In this document: positions 1 through 14,191 of the stretch, in pieces
How the letters are laid out: each line of letters begins with the position of its first letter
Position numbering within the stretch: the stretch's first letter is position 1
Assembly: GCA_025786725.1 (NCBI GenBank)
Contig: JAHLTZ010000027.1
Location: 124,001 to 188,000 of the forward strand
Length of the DNA: 64,000 nt
From: Syncephalis fuscata S228
Lineage: Eukaryota; Fungi; Zoopagomycota
Direction of reading: 5' to 3'
The notes under the pieces: generated by a model
Database searches by the model: none
Seen by the model: the letters and a program-made list of their open reading frames with translations, nothing else
What the model was told of the DNA's origin: nothing
Program-made: the position numbers and the translations under genes

Positions 1-42
1 CATTATTAATAATAATGATACACTTACTATGGTTATATTTAC

Positions 43-644
43 CTGGTGTAAATGGATAATGACGTGTACTGCCTCGTACAAACTCGGATGGTGGTGCTGG
101 ATCACGTTGAAATGATGTTGAGTTCTGGGCAGTTAATCCATCTTCAGTTGATGAACGGGCCTAAATAATAGTAATATATTAATGAGCAATTGTTATTAGT
201 ATATATTAAACTATGTTATTTATAATGATGTACCTCAGTATATCCAATAACACGGCCCTCAACCGGGTCACGTTCCCATATTAGATTAGCACTACGTCGA
301 CCAAGAGGTAGCTGGACAAGTTCATCGATATTCACTGGTCGTTCTATTTGACTATAATATATTGTTATTTTTACATATTAAAGATTATTATTAATAGACA
401 TGTACTTACATTTGTGCCTCTTTTAACCAGTCTCCGGTTAATGTAGGTTTAGGTAGTAGGAATTCATGTTCCAACTGTTCTAATACTGCTTGGAGTGGTG
501 TCGGTTCAGTTGCAACGAATTGCGCTGCCAAATCGTGCAATAGTTTATCTATATCATATATTATTATACATAAATATATCTACGTTTAGTCGTTCTAAAG
601 TCGGCTTAAATTCATATAGAAATACCTGGGTCGGTTTCTGTCAT
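43..644 (-). CDS. SKI2: Ski2 RNA helicase (exosome cofactor), 5' exons only; gene continues beyond the window start
   Basis: Manual splicing from ATG at 644 across 4 exons with GT-AG introns gives MTETDP-DKLLHDLAAQF...WLKEAQ-IQIERPVNIDELVQLP...WERDPVEGRVIGYTE-...GLTAQNSTSFQRDPAPPSEFVRGSTRHYPFTPG. This matches the Ski2 N-terminal NSTS..R.P....FVRG....PF.PGG signature. One apparent 1-bp deletion near 155-160. Confidence 0.8.
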
Positions 645-1139
645 TGTGAATCAGAGCAATGTTGAAGAGTTAAACAGTAAAACAATAAAGTAGTATGTAA
701 TTAATATAATTAATTAAATTTATTTTATTAAAGTTGAATTAAACAGTTAGATAAAGTAAGTGTTTGTTTAATTAAACAGTTATGTTATTAATTAACAGGC
801 TAATAAATAAAGATTATTTGAATCAACTCAAATTTATTGTTTACATTGAAATGATGAACGCGCACATCAAGCAAAATACAAAATAGACATGGACCTTCTA
901 TTACTATTTCTCTCGGATGGTCCAAGAAATGGAAATAGCAACAATAATAATAGTCATTATAGAATAAAGAAGAGAATGGAAAAGGGCCCTCCTAATTATA
1001 ATATACGTGCCCTTACTTAAATAAATGAAGAAAAATGATGGAAGAGTAATAACAAAAAGAGGAGGGAATAAGTAAGTGGTCGTAGCATAATAGTGTAAAG
1101 GATAGCCACGTTATCAATAATCTATCTGAATTGTATAAC

Positions 1140-4100
1140 TTAAATAAATTCCATTTGTCCACTAGGACTGTTAGGAGAGGTTGGCATAACAGACGATGGT
1201 ATACGTCGAATGCCTGAAGATGCTGGATTACGAATTGACCGATTACCACCAATTCTTGAAGGAGCTGTATTGGCATGGCCATTGCTGTAAATGCCACCTG
1301 GTGATCGAAGTCCTGTACCTGATTGAGGCGACAATGGCATGCCCGATAGTTCATTCGATAATCGGTGTTGATGCTGTTGATAATTGGCAGATTTACGCAA
1401 TGAAGGTGTGGAAGAGCACTGCCTTGGGGTGTGTTAGATCCAGTGGATGGCTGTCGACTGACCGATGTAGTACTGCGTCGAAGTGTACGTGGACCTGAAA
1501 GGCCTGGTGAACGAAGTCCGCCTGCACCTATACCAGTGGGCGTTGTATCCATATTTGCATTTGAAATACGTTTAGTTGATGTGGCATTAGGGCCCAAACT
1601 ATTGCTATTGGCATTCATAGAGGGACAATACCTTCTTGGGATATACGACGAATTCGGGATGGAGCATTGCTGCCGACTGATGGTTCGCGTGACATAACTA
1701 GCGAATTACGTTGACTTGATTGACCTGACATCGTTGATGAGCTGAATGATGCACCTGAGGCCCGTCTACTATGTGTACTTAGTCGACGAGTGGCCGCCGG
1801 TTCACCGGTATACTCAGCAGAAAGTCTGCGTAAAGCAGCAGTCGCTGCATTGGTTCCCGGTGCATCCGATGTGCCAGCTCGAGGACGGGCTACAGAGCGT
1901 GGTATCGTTGAAGTGTTACCCGTTGATGGTTGTCGTACATGTCGAGTAGCCATAGCTGTTGGACAGGCTCTCTTTCAACCTCAGTTGTTTTGCGTCGTAG
2001 TCCCATACTGAGTCGACTGTTACCAGGTGCGCCATCTGTCATATTGGTTGATCGACGGGCTAAATTCGATTTACCTAGAAATGAAACAACTGACCGTGAC
2101 TTGGAGGCAAGTGGATTGATGTTACCCATACTATCCATTGGATTATCAACATGTGTCGCCGGTGGTGATCTTACTTCTACACTCGTGCGTTTTGAAAGTG
2201 ATAGACTGGGTGGTCGTACTTTGCCGACACTTGCTACACGAGACAGAAGTGAACCTGATTTGGTAGGCTTAGGTGCTGCAACATTCTGTTTAAAAAAGCC
2301 AGTTACTGCTCCATCATCGTCGCTATCATCACTATCGCTTCGTTTGCCCAGTCTTAGTGGATTCAATAGTTTCTTAAATCCCATAGTACGTTTACTAGTG
2401 TTATTGTTAGTGCTACCAGGAATACCACCAGGAATCCAGTCCAACGATTCTTGTGATGAACGATTATTCTCCTTTGAAGGCGGGGAGGATATTGATTTAG
2501 TTGGTGAAATAGGCGATGAAGGTGATGGCAGATTACTTTCACGTCGACGCGTTGTATTTACTGGTGATTCAGTGTTATTGGTAGAAGCGGCAGGTCGACG
2601 TAGACTAGCCATTGAAGGTGAGGCCAGTTTTGATTCACCCATCATAGGTGAACGTGGTGCTGCCAATGAACGACGTGCTGTACCGGCACCATGCGTGTTT
2701 GGACCGGCTAGACCACCAGCTGGCATAGTACGTCTGGCCGGTGTTGTTGTTACTGGACTAGGTGGCTGTCGTACAGGTGATGTAGATCGAGAACGAGAAA
2801 GGGATGTACCAGCTGGTAATGCTAGTCGTGAAGAACGCTGCGGTGGACGCTGAGGTGATGATGGATCGCCATTGGTTGTAGATGCTGATGTACCTGAACG
2901 TGGTAATTCAGCCATTGATTTGCGTGTACGCAATGTCTTTCCGACCGGTGTTGAAGTACCAGTTGATGCTGAACTATTCGTAGATGGTTGTGGTGGCCGT
3001 ATTGATCCAATAGAACCGGATTTGGATGGTGCATGTCCACGTCGTTGTGGTAGTCCAGATGTAGGATGGCTATTACCGCCAGCATTGCTACCATTGCTAT
3101 TAGGTACACTTGGTGCAGCACGCGATGCAGCAAATAGTTCTTGTAGTGGAATGTTGCTTTAGGCGATGTATTGGCGTTGCTATCCGTTGTTGATACAGGC
3201 ATGGTAGATGCACGGGTAATTGGTGCTGGTGCACTCGATGCTTCATCGTCCGATGCATCTTGTTTAGCTGGAGAAGAAGCACGTCGATTAAGTGCTGGCC
3301 TGCCATCCGTTCCTAGCTTAGCCGTTGCTGTACCCGCTCGTTGAAGTTGACGCGATGCCGTATCCGCCAGTCTTGGTGATCGCAATGGCTTGGGACCAGT
3401 ACCTATTTTTTTATGGTCCTCGAGTGTAGGCAGGGGCGGTGCACTTGCTTTACGGGCCGAATTTAGCCAGGCATCTGTCACTAAACCGGAAGACTCTGAG
3501 TTAACGGAGAGAGAAGATAAAGAAGAGCTTGAATGGTTTAGACTGAATCCACCATGAGAGTTGGCGTTGGCAGTAGACGAAGAGCTTGTCTTTGGTCCAG
3601 ATGTGGCCAAGCCTTCCATAGAATGGAACGACGACTGCGAAGTAATCGACACTGTCTCGTCTAATTGCCAATTCATCTCTTCGGGGTCAATAAGTGAAGA
3701 AGAAGAAGAGGATGAAGCTGGAGAAAAAGTACCTTCAGGCTTCGCGGACAATGAACCAGAAGTCGCAGTTCTAAGTGGTAATGGTCTAACATTGGCGTCG
3801 TCTTTATCAGTGATTGTAGTACCAGTATTATCTTCAGTATCTTCACTTTGTTCTGTATCTGAAATAATTGGATGGCTTCGTGCCAAGGGCGAGCTTGCTG
3901 CAGCCGGTATATCTCCTTCAGATGTCTCCCGAGCTACAGCATGAAATCTTGAAGTAAGATTGATTCGTGGTAGACCGTTTTTGTGTTGTTGTTGCTATTG
4001 TTGTTGGTAGCATTGCCGCCAGATAATGAAGGGCGAACAAGACGGCGTGTTGGACTATTACGACCGCTTGTGCCCTTCGGATCGGTTACAGATTTATTCT

Positions 4101-4839
4101 TACGCAATAAATGCTGTGCCAATGCCGATGGACCATTGGTATGAAAATTCGCCTTTGTTGGCTAGAATATGGTCGATATATGCGTGTGTATATGCATGTA
4201 AATATGTATAAGTCATCAAATATGCTTATTATTTCGTAGTTAGTAGTCACTTACCGAATTCAAATCTGTAGCATTTTTCCATTGGGCTTCATTTTCAAGA
4301 TCGTAGCCTTTAAACTCAATAGTTGGACTAGTTACCAAGTCATCTGTGTCGTCCATCTGGCCGTCATTCTTTACTGCTCTACCAAGATCGCCAAGATCGG
4401 GTGTACCTCGCATTCTACTGCCTGGCCGACTAATAGACCAAACAGACGAAGGGGTCGGTGAAGGACAGCCACCAAGATGTAGGCCTAATGAATTAGAATT
4501 GCCTGGTACCAAAAGGCCTGTCTCGTCTTCCCCGTCTTGTGCCAAAAGGGATCGCGGTCGATTGGCCGACAATAGCAGTGACAAATCATCATCGCCTTCT
4601 CCTTCAGTGTCATAACACTGTCAGTGCCGTCGTTTGTGTTTAACCAGTCGATGGCACTGCTAGTTGCATCTTTGGCACTCGGTTTTGATGGTGAATACAG
4701 CCTGAATAAATGCATCGATTATTAGTATTATTTGACTGCTCTATATGCTATCGATTCAATAAACTTACCAGTCCTCGTCGTCTCCTTGCACAAGTACATC
4801 AAGGTTTCCCAGTGTCGATTGCATCGAATCGTCGGACAT
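1140..4839 (-). CDS. Large Ser/Thr/Pro/Arg-rich, probably disordered hypothetical protein (~1190 aa, 3 exons), broken by ~6 apparent 1-bp deletions
   Basis: ATG at 4839 (MSDDSMQSTLGNLDV), introns at about 4703-4768 and 4163-4255, stop at 1140. Track ORFs 4485..4715, 4240..4584, 3934..4122, 2822..3886, 1890..2933, 1615..1953 and 1140..1400 join into one S/P/T-rich protein if single bases are restored. Confidence 0.7.
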
Positions 4840-5560
4840 GACACTGTCGCGAGCCACTCGAGCAAAGCGTGAAGAACGATACATAATGAAACAATGGAGT
4901 AAAGCTACAAACGATAATGAACAGGTCTAATAATATACGACAATCTAACAAACACAGGACAGCCAGTACTGGCGCAGTAGAAAAGAGAATCCGCGACCAG
5001 CGCACACAGAAAAGAAGCTATTCTATAGAGGGCTAATAATAGAATATAGAAACGATGTAGATCTTGAATGTAACTACACGATGTTCTATTGATTAGATAA
5101 AATAAATAAATTCATTTTACTTACTTGTATATGTGTACGTGCGTCTAAAGAAAAATAATATTAATTGAATCAGATAGTAAAGGTTAGCACTGGTTGAACA
5201 ACTCTCAACCGACTTACAACAAGCGCAAAGAAATAAAAGTAAAGAGACAGCGCGAATGATGAAACTAGCGTCTCTTTTAATTGCGCCAGCTGCATACACA
5301 AACAATCGCACGTGTGTATGCACTTGTAGTCAAGCACTACAGTAGGTGCAAATGACTCTCGCAACAACAGTCGGTCCTTAAATGTGCAGATGCGTGACAG
5401 TGGCGGGGTAGGAGGGGGGCGTGACTATTCGAGTGAGTAAATGTGTGTGTGTGAGTAGGCAAGCAAATTGAGTGTGGAGACGAGTGTAAGTAAGTGTGCT
5501 ATACTGTGCTGTGCAGTATATGTTGTGTATATGCTTGAACGAGAAGAGACCAGTAAAGAA

Positions 5561-5660
5561 AACAACAACAACAACAACAACAACAGTACTAATAATAGTA
5601 GTAGTGGCAACAGTTAATTGTTTCATGCATGAATGGACAGAGAGAGAGAGGAGAGAGAGG
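5561..5660. repeat. (AAC)n and (AG)n microsatellites upstream of the S/T-rich gene
   Basis: aacaacaacaacaacaacaacaaca at 5561-5585 and agagagagaggagagagagg at about 5639-5660. Confidence 0.85.
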
Positions 5661-6854
5661 AAAAAGGTCATGCGCCACCATCTTACTCGTCCATATCCAT
5701 TTGTTCTCCTGGCCAAATATGGATTCATTGGATGATGGCCTAAATTGGATTCAAATACGACAACGTGCTTTCCTGGTCATTCATCCATGATGCTTTAGTA
5801 AAGTGGAACTGATCATGGCGATAGTAACAACGTCAATGGCAATAGTGTCAGTGCTACTGTTATACGCTTATGCTAATGCACCACTGCACTAGTATGACAC
5901 ACGCCCACACTGGTCGGGGACATAAACCGAGAAGGTAAGGCGACAAGGCGTGCGTGCACACATTCCCTTTCGTCCCTCTTTGAACAAGCAGTATAGATGG
6001 AAACGCATTTTGTTCTCCTTTGTTTGTACTCGCTGTGGCGGAGCACACGTTGTACAAACATCATGCGGTATGGCTGGCATACCGGAGAATAATAAACTAA
6101 AAGTGAAGTTCGATGAATTCAGCTGCAATGGTCAAATGCAGAAATGCATCTGGACAAATGGGATGGCCAACGCGCGTGTTGTCCACCACCTGCCCACCCA
6201 CTCAAACGTATCGAGGTTAAAAGACCGCTCATCCGCATAATTGATATGCTTATGATAGTAGTAGAAGGATAGATCTTCTGTCGCATGGCACATCGGCTTG
6301 ATGCAAAAACGAAAAGGAGCACATTTGACTGTACCAAAGACTTGGCAATCAATAGACAGCACGTAGCAATGATAAGCCGCAAGTTGCATATCATTCATGT
6401 ATCGTCATAGAAATAAACTGTAATAAAACTTACCTGATGTATTGTAATCAGACAAAAAAGATGGCTATTGACTTCTACCGTTATGTTCACCAGAATAACG
6501 AGACAATAACCTTATGGAACAGTGATAACGATATGAAAATAAGAATTCTATAAAGGTAGAACGGGGATAATAAAAGATCTTTAGACAGTGTTTTTTTTGA
6601 TTTCAGATAAAAGAAATCTGACGAATATAAACGGTCTCGATGACGTATATCAGCGTTGATGTATCGATAGACGCCTATTTAACAATACCACGATGATAGT
6701 CAAAGGTAGGTAGCGATTGAAACAGAATCAATACTAAAATGTCTTTCAGTCGTCGAGTGATGGTTATACAGCGCAGCAATAAACCAAAAAAAGAGTCGCT
6801 TTTTACAGCAAAAACAGTAGTGTGTAGTAGTGGTAATTGTAGTAGTGATAGTAA

Positions 6855-6881
6855 TAGTAGTAGTAGTAGTAGTAGTAGTAG
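6855..6881. repeat. (TAG)9 microsatellite
   Basis: Perfect tagtagtag run within a longer degenerate (G/A)TA tract. Confidence 0.9.
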
Positions 6882-9121
6882 AAGTGTTGTAACAGGGTGG
6901 TAATAATAGATGCAAGACTACAGATCGACTCGGAATATACCTGATATGGTAATAACGGATAGCGTAGTCAATGAACTGAAAGGAGTTGAAGGGGCGTAGG
7001 GCTATGCACGAAGAAGAAACTACCCTGGAGTAAAAGCTATATGAAGTGTAGATAAAGAAAAGAAAAACGCACAAGGCATGCAACGGCTGCTTGGGCCAGC
7101 GAGCGACAGACAATGTGTCGCTCAACTTGACATATGCGTGCTGCATTTGCTCTTCCACTCCATCATTGGTTGTTAAGCGGTAGGCATTGATTGGGTCCAA
7201 TTGGCCGTGTAACCTGAATTCGTGCTAAGGCGAGACTCATTTAACGGCTATGGCTGGCCTTCGACTATCACATGGCCCTGGAGTAGATGAGTGGCAGTGG
7301 TGTTCGTTCGTTGCAAAGGCACGTTGGATGCGGGTGGTCTAGTGATGAGCTTGCTACCTAATAAACGCTCACCTTAATGTTTGCTGTACTGTTGTTTGTA
7401 ATAAAGTATAGGCAAATATTTGATAAATCGATCAGGCAGCAGTGATCGATCAGTAGTGATAAGCCATACGATTATTGGCTGAGAAATAAAGGTGATGAGA
7501 ACCAATTTAGTTGTGCTGCATAATGAACGTATCACTATTAGTGGTGGTGCATAATAAAAATTGATACGAAACGGTGACTGTAATCTAGGCTAAAAATAGC
7601 TAGATAATTATGATAGTGTGGTTAAAGGATGGTGTTGATGATAATGATTAGCAAAGGCAGATAAGAAATGTTGTACAAATACTAGTTAAAATAGCTATTA
7701 TGATTGTATTTTGCTAATATTATTGTTTCAGCGCACTTTTATAAACGCCACTACTATTGCTGTAATAATGCTAGGGATCTAATTAAAAATCACATCAACA
7801 ATGCCTTCAACATCTTTACTTTGTTGGAGAGTATAGTAGTATAAAGTAAAAGAACAAAAAAGTACAAGTATTGCTAATATAGTATCTATGTATATGTACA
7901 TATCTAATAAAAAAATCGAAATCTACAAAGAATATAACTAGTGATAAATAAATAACTTTTTATTAATAAAGTATGGCTAATAGGACATAGAGTAGCATAG
8001 AAAAGACAATGATACTTGTAATTGCGGTTTAAATGGCAATGATGCCACAGGCATGTCAATATATTGGTGATTAATAAAATATATGAGTACAAGCCTATTG
8101 TTAACATGTTTATTTGGATGTGTTTGTTAATCTCCGAATACGAATTAAACATAAACATATGTATATCAGTCCAATCAAACACAATTAAAATGAATAATAT
8201 GCTTATTACTACAAGTTTGCATAGTTGAATGTGCACAACTGAATGCATATCTGTTGATAACATCATGATGCCATTGATTAGAGTGAATATACCAAAGCAT
8301 TGACTGGGTTTGATGTATAAATGAGCTAAACGACAGCTGCTAAATAGCCTTGCCCTTTACTGGATGTATACTTAAAGTGTATTGTGCTAATAACCTTAGT
8401 ACAATACTAATGCTAATGTCTTGGAAGCAACAGCTAATCTTTGCATAATAGCAATTACTTTTATAAATATTAATTTTAAATGCACCAGCGCATAACATGC
8501 AATTATTTTACATCTAATTTGCATGTAGTCCACTCACTCTCTATTAAAATTTGACTAATAGTAAACATAGCAGATGGCATGTAATTAGTGCATAATTAGT
8601 CAATATACAGTATCACTTACGGCATATTATATTAATTTAGTAGCAAATAATAAAATGTAGTCTTTCGATTATTATACAATGTCAATTACAAGCTATTAAT
8701 TGTAAGTTGGCAAATAAAACCAGCATTTAATTAGAAATTAACATGCAATAACGTCTTACCATCAAATATTACTATTATTCAACACTACTGCGTAGTTATT
8801 ATAAACGCAACATGTCACGGCGGATTAAAATTGGTTTAGCATCCACCATAGCTGTAGTAGTCACAAAAGTCACGACAATGGTGCAGACGGCGGCACTAGA
8901 AAGAGTAGACAATAGGTTGTGGTAAAATAAAGTAGATAGTAGCAAGTGTTTGGCAGAAATTAAAGTAAGATGATGATGCTACAGTTATTTGTGCATATCA
9001 TGTGGTTTAATTACTATCTTAAAAATGTTTAAATGTAGAATATTAACCATTTACACATCTGCAACAATAAATAGCTGCTTGATATTTGAATGAATTACTT
9101 AGATATTGCAACATCTTTTAT

Positions 9122-11195
9122 TCACAACATAAATGCTTTATAAAGTCCACCGCCATTTGCTTTAACTTGGCCAATAACAACATTCGATACACGATATCCT
9201 GATGAGTCTGTTTTCACATCACTTTGGACTCGTGGTAGTGTTGTCCTAGTAGCACCTAAAGTTTCATAGGCTTTGTTATTTCTAGTTTGTTTTCCAGCAA
9301 GACAAGTTGGTGGGCTGTAAGTGCGACCAGTGTGCATGTCAACAATCCAGCTTCTTCCATATTCACCATTGGTCATTGAGCATAGAGATCCAAGAAATGG
9401 AGTAAATTTTGAATAGAATGGGCAGGTGATTGAACGTAGTAAATCTCCATTCGAGCATTCAGCACATCAAATGTTTTATAATTTTGAACAACGATAAGTT
9501 TCTCGCTGTATAGCTTTGTAATAACTCTGCTATCTATAATCCGACTCCATACTATATGTCCTTGGTCAGAACTATTGATTGGCAATAGTTGGTTACAATC
9601 ATTGGCGTCAAATAGTGATTGTAAATAATTATTTGATGAAAGTTTCCCTAGTCCAAATAGCGATAGTGAAGCTTTAAATGTTGTATTACAACCAAAATCT
9701 GGTTTACATCCTAAATCAAATGCAATAATTAAACATGTACTTCTTGAATACATCTCAGTCTTGATTGTGGCGTTTGAATAATATGGAATAGTGACTCGGC
9801 CCGATAACACTGTTTCATACGGAGATTGTTTTTGTTGAAAATTAAATAGATCCCATTCAATACATAATGATTGCTGGTCATTGCCAATATTTTGCGGATT
9901 TTGAGTAGAAGCAACCATAAACGTATTTTCAGTTTTTACCGGATTGCCTATTACCTTCCACACCAATAACTGGCATTGATTACAAGATGTGAACTGAATG
10001 TTGGCATATGAATCATAATCATGCTTATATCTTGGACCTTCAGCCCATTTGTTTCTATTCAAATTCAATAAATAAAACTGATTATATGAATCTTGTATAT
10101 CCTTAGTTTGAAAAAGTATCCAATTGTTATAAATATCAACCAAGTAAGGCGTATTTGGTTCTTTCCTGCCATTGTTTCTATCTTCAAGATAAATAAAATT
10201 GGGAGGCAAATAGCCAGCATTAGACCATACTGCAATGGCTTCTCGAATGCAACTTTTTCGTTCTTCTAAATCTACAGTATTCGGAAAGACAATAGAGCGT
10301 TTTTCTAAGGCGGTAGAATTTTCAGACTCATTCTCTTTCATATGCCGTTCTTCAAGCTCATTCAACTTTACTATTATTAATGAAATTAATAAACAATTGA
10401 TGCGGCTACTAATATTAATTATGCTTATTTACCTATCGGGTCACCAACAGCCACAGGCTTTACGTCATTGTATGTGCTTATAGACATGTATGCCACAATA
10501 AATTGATTTGTTCCGTGGACAAATTCAATTAACGCTTTGCCATTGAATAAGGATGGTAATGAAGGAATAGTCAACTCTTTCCATGGTAATTCTTTGTTGC
10601 AGCGTTCATTCTTTTGGCCAGAAGCATCATGTCGAATTGACCACATTTTCGATCGATTGTTTTCTTTCACCAGCGCATACCATGGATTTACATCAACTAG
10701 ACTCAACCGAGTGTATTCATCAACCGGCAATCGACACGCTCGCTTTTTGAATCTGCCTGCCATAAAGTTACGCTCTGCCTGCCGACGCCGTTGATATGCA
10801 TAAAACCATCGAATGGCAGCAAAATCAGGGGTTGATGGTAAATTATTAATATAGGATGTATATTCGCTATTATTGTTACCAACAGTTGTAATGTTAGATG
10901 ATAATAAATGTTCTTGTTTTTTCTTATTTACACTAAACAAAGAACTTTTCGATTCTACTGTAGTACTGATGTGCCAATTATACCATGTAAACCATTCTTG
11001 TTCCCGTTGATCACCCAGTGAAAATGTCCGCTGATATTGTCGTTCCCAATAATCAGGCCTATCAACTATGGCTCGGTAAATAAGCTGGCAGCTGGCAGCA
11101 AAAAGCACTAGTTCCTGTCCTTCGATAAATCGACATAAATACAGCAAAACATCACGGTTTTTCCATAAACACCCACTATGAGTGCTTGAAATCAT
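9122..11195 (-). CDS. F-box-like domain protein (lineage-specific), 2 exons, one apparent frameshift near 9449
   Basis: N-terminal LWKNRDVLLYLCRFIEGQELVLFAASCQLIYRAI...YWERQY resembles an F-box motif and is followed by a W/Y-rich helix (RWFYAYQRRR). GT-AG intron at about 10373-10431. Restoring one A in 'CGAATGG' fuses ORFs 9373..10365 and 9122..9376. Confidence 0.6.
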
Positions 11196-12364
11196 GCTTA
11201 ACTAGAAATAATGGTGTTGAAACTGATACGTAATAGGTGAAAAGAAAAAGAAAAGGGGATGCACAAACGTGAGCTGCCTTATTCTATTTACAACATACGC
11301 TGGTTACACAGATGCATATGTCTATTAAAGTATAATGGAAATGCTATTATTTGATCTATAAATAAAATGTAGACTGAAAGCCACATAGAAACGCGATAAA
11401 ATGTTAATAAGGGCTATTAAAAGCTTTAAAATTTTAATTAATGGCTATGATTATATACATTATTATCACTGTAATTAATAGTATAATAAACTATGATGAT
11501 ACTAGGAAAATACCGTAACAATTATGAACATATGTAGATAAATAGAAATATGAGTTAAAAGGCCCTAGATATTTTCATTGATAATAGAAAGTATTCAGCT
11601 ATATGGATTTTTACGCGTAACTGAAAAATGGTACTTGGAATGTGGGGAAAAGTATGTGTTACAATCTTTAATGTGGGAGAAACTAAATAATTACATTGCT
11701 ACATTTGGTAATATCAATTAATAAAATGTAAGTGATATTACATTGTCGCGGTTTAACTATATTGGTAATTGGCTCCCACAGATTGAAGCTTCACTAATAT
11801 AAATATATATCATTTGACCCTTAATAACGATTTATAGCTTTCTAATTACTATTCTATTCATTCATAATTGCAACAATGGAATGTAATTTAGGCATAATTT
11901 TAAAACAAAAAAACACGCAAGCTGCATGCACAATTGGTACCATCATAATGCTAAACACTTTCCATGCAAGTCTATAGATGTTGCAAAATGTTTCTAAATC
12001 CATTATATTGTTTTAATAAGCTTATAATAATAATTTAAATTCTGGCTATTCTAAACCAATGCATTTATTAAATATACGACAAAAGCGATATACATTTACA
12101 TTTAGAATGCTATTCTATGTAGCTTATGTAGGCAAATATGCATTCCAAGTGTAGCACTATTTGCATACAATAACATATTTACATATAAACTACTAGCTAC
12201 CAATTATTCGATATTGTATGAAAACCAATATAAAAGACCTGTGCCACAAAGCTAGTTTGTATATGCTTGCGACTTTGCATGAAGCTATATGGATATTTAC
12301 TATATAATAATACATTCAAATCCACTGAGAATATAGCCTTGTTACTTTTATTCTGAATTTCAAC

Positions 12365-14191
12365 ATGTTATTTTCAAAATACCAACAATTGGTGTTATTG
12401 TTATTTATTTGTATATCAATACAAATCAACTATGTTCGTGCAAAAATCACTCTTTTCAATGGTACCAGCAGTTAGCATCTTATCCTTAACTGATCTATAC
12501 CTTTATCCCGAGTCTCAGCACGATTATTATGAAGGGATTGTAGTTGTCTGACACACCTATATATACAGAACCAAGCATAAAATGCTTTTTTCGCCAGTTA
12601 ATGCTTCCGACCCAGCAATTCAAAATATTATTAATAATGCATCTAAATATCCTGACTTTGCACTAGTCATAGGTTATTATTATCGTTTACTGAGTTACTG
12701 TAAACCGAAGAGCGAGTAAGTGTTTATATTATAATAGATAGACATGTGCTAACTGTATTTAGATCAATCAAGCAACAAATGGATTGATTCAGCAATCATC
12801 ACGTATGGGACTTCCACCAGTCAAACTCCTTATTCTATCCTCATATCGGCCACCACATTTTTATTTAGGTTACAATTGTGTTGCAAATTGTTTTGATAAG
12901 TTACAAAATAGATTTTCAGTATCAAGCTCAATTAGAAAAGCATTAATGAAAACATTCGATTATAATATACCATGGGAAATATCTAAAAACTATACAAACT
13001 TCCATTATACTGCTGAACAAGGTAAACGATTCAAATACTTGTTATATCAATACTAAACTGTTAGTAGAACCCAATCCATGGAATGAGATATTCTTTTCAC
13101 ACACATATATTGCCTACAAATGGACATATTTTGCCATAGTAAGTAATATAATTAAACAAGTGTATAATTCTAACTGTATTGCTACAGGTGTTGGGTGTTT
13201 TGTTGTATGCATGTATTCGTACTATAATGCTGGCAAGATTTAAGCTGTTGAAACGGAATCTGCTTTTGATCGCATTTGTTATCAGTTTTATATACTGTAT
13301 TTGTAAGTAGATTCAATCTATTTTAAAATATACAACTAATGATTATATACAGTTTTTTTAATACATCTGACTGCTCTACACAATGCATATGTATCACCAA
13401 TTCTTTTTAATGTTTACATGCTTTTATCAGGAATACCTTTTGATATAATATTTTGCATTGGTATGTTATTGTTAAGTTGGTTATATAGTATTAATATTTA
13501 ATTTTTAGGTCCATTATTGGCAAAAAACTATTTTCAAAAAAAGCATGATACCTGTTTGGCTTATTACTATTATTGATACCACAGTAAACATTTTACGAAT
13601 ATTAGGATTAAAAATGACTATAATATAATGGAATTATGATATTCAAAGCTACCAGATATGATTAGGTGTATTGTTCTACCATGGGTTACTATCGTAACAT
13701 TATGTGCACTTTGTAAGTTAGTATAAACTAAATGGTTTAGTTTAACTAAGTATATCTGATAGTGCTATGGCTTGGATTATATCTTATAAGCTTAGAAACA
13801 TCCTGATGGCATCGCAGGTTTATACAGGTAAAGTATCTATGTTTATTTCATGATTTACAATACTTACCTATCAACTAGTTGGCATGTCTTACTTTAATAG
13901 CCATTTTTACATATATACTATTTCCAATTTATTATATCAAATATTTCAAAGGTTCCCATACTTAACACCTGATGAAGTATTTAAAATAGACTTTACGCTT
14001 GATACAGCCTATATGGTGCGTGCACTTATATTCTTATCTGTTCTTGGTATAAAATGGCCGCATTCACCGAATTAACTGAACCAAAGATACGAGAACCACT
14101 TGGTGGAATGACAACTGTTGAATGTAGTACTGCTGCAGAAGGATCTCAACATACTGGCAATCGACTCGTGAATTTGCAAAAAAGCATTTAA
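12365..14191 (+). CDS. PA-like ectodomain 7TM receptor-like protein, dispersed copy with several apparent frameshifts (error-laden or pseudogene)
   Basis: Signal peptide MLFSKYQQLVLLLFICISIQINYVRA. Family motifs GLPPVKLLIL, EPNPWNEIFFSHTY, RNLLLIAF and TM7 MVRALIFLSVLGIKWP. Intron positions are shared with the paralogues at 31-42 kb. Confidence 0.7.

Noticed and set aside
1930-3944. Long plus-strand ORFs (1930..2853, 2872..3162, 3561..3944)
   Set aside because: Antisense shadows of the S/P/T-rich minus-strand gene, with no independent motifs
1400-4620. Programmed ribosomal frameshifting in the S/T-rich gene
   Set aside because: No consistent slippery heptamer or stimulatory structure, and identical lesions occur in DOT1, SMN and SKI2, so sequencing error is more parsimonious
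5378-7200. Many short ORFs, including poly-Thr/poly-Val ones
   Set aside because: Produced by microsatellites; no coding signal or motif
7780-8450. Hydrophobic minus-strand ORF 7904..8266, a possible decayed membrane-protein gene
   Set aside because: No family motifs found; T-rich DNA gives hydrophobic translations by chance
13859-13872. ATACTTACCT, resembling the U1 snRNA 5' end
   Set aside because: Lies inside an intron and is not followed by U1 stem-loops or an Sm site
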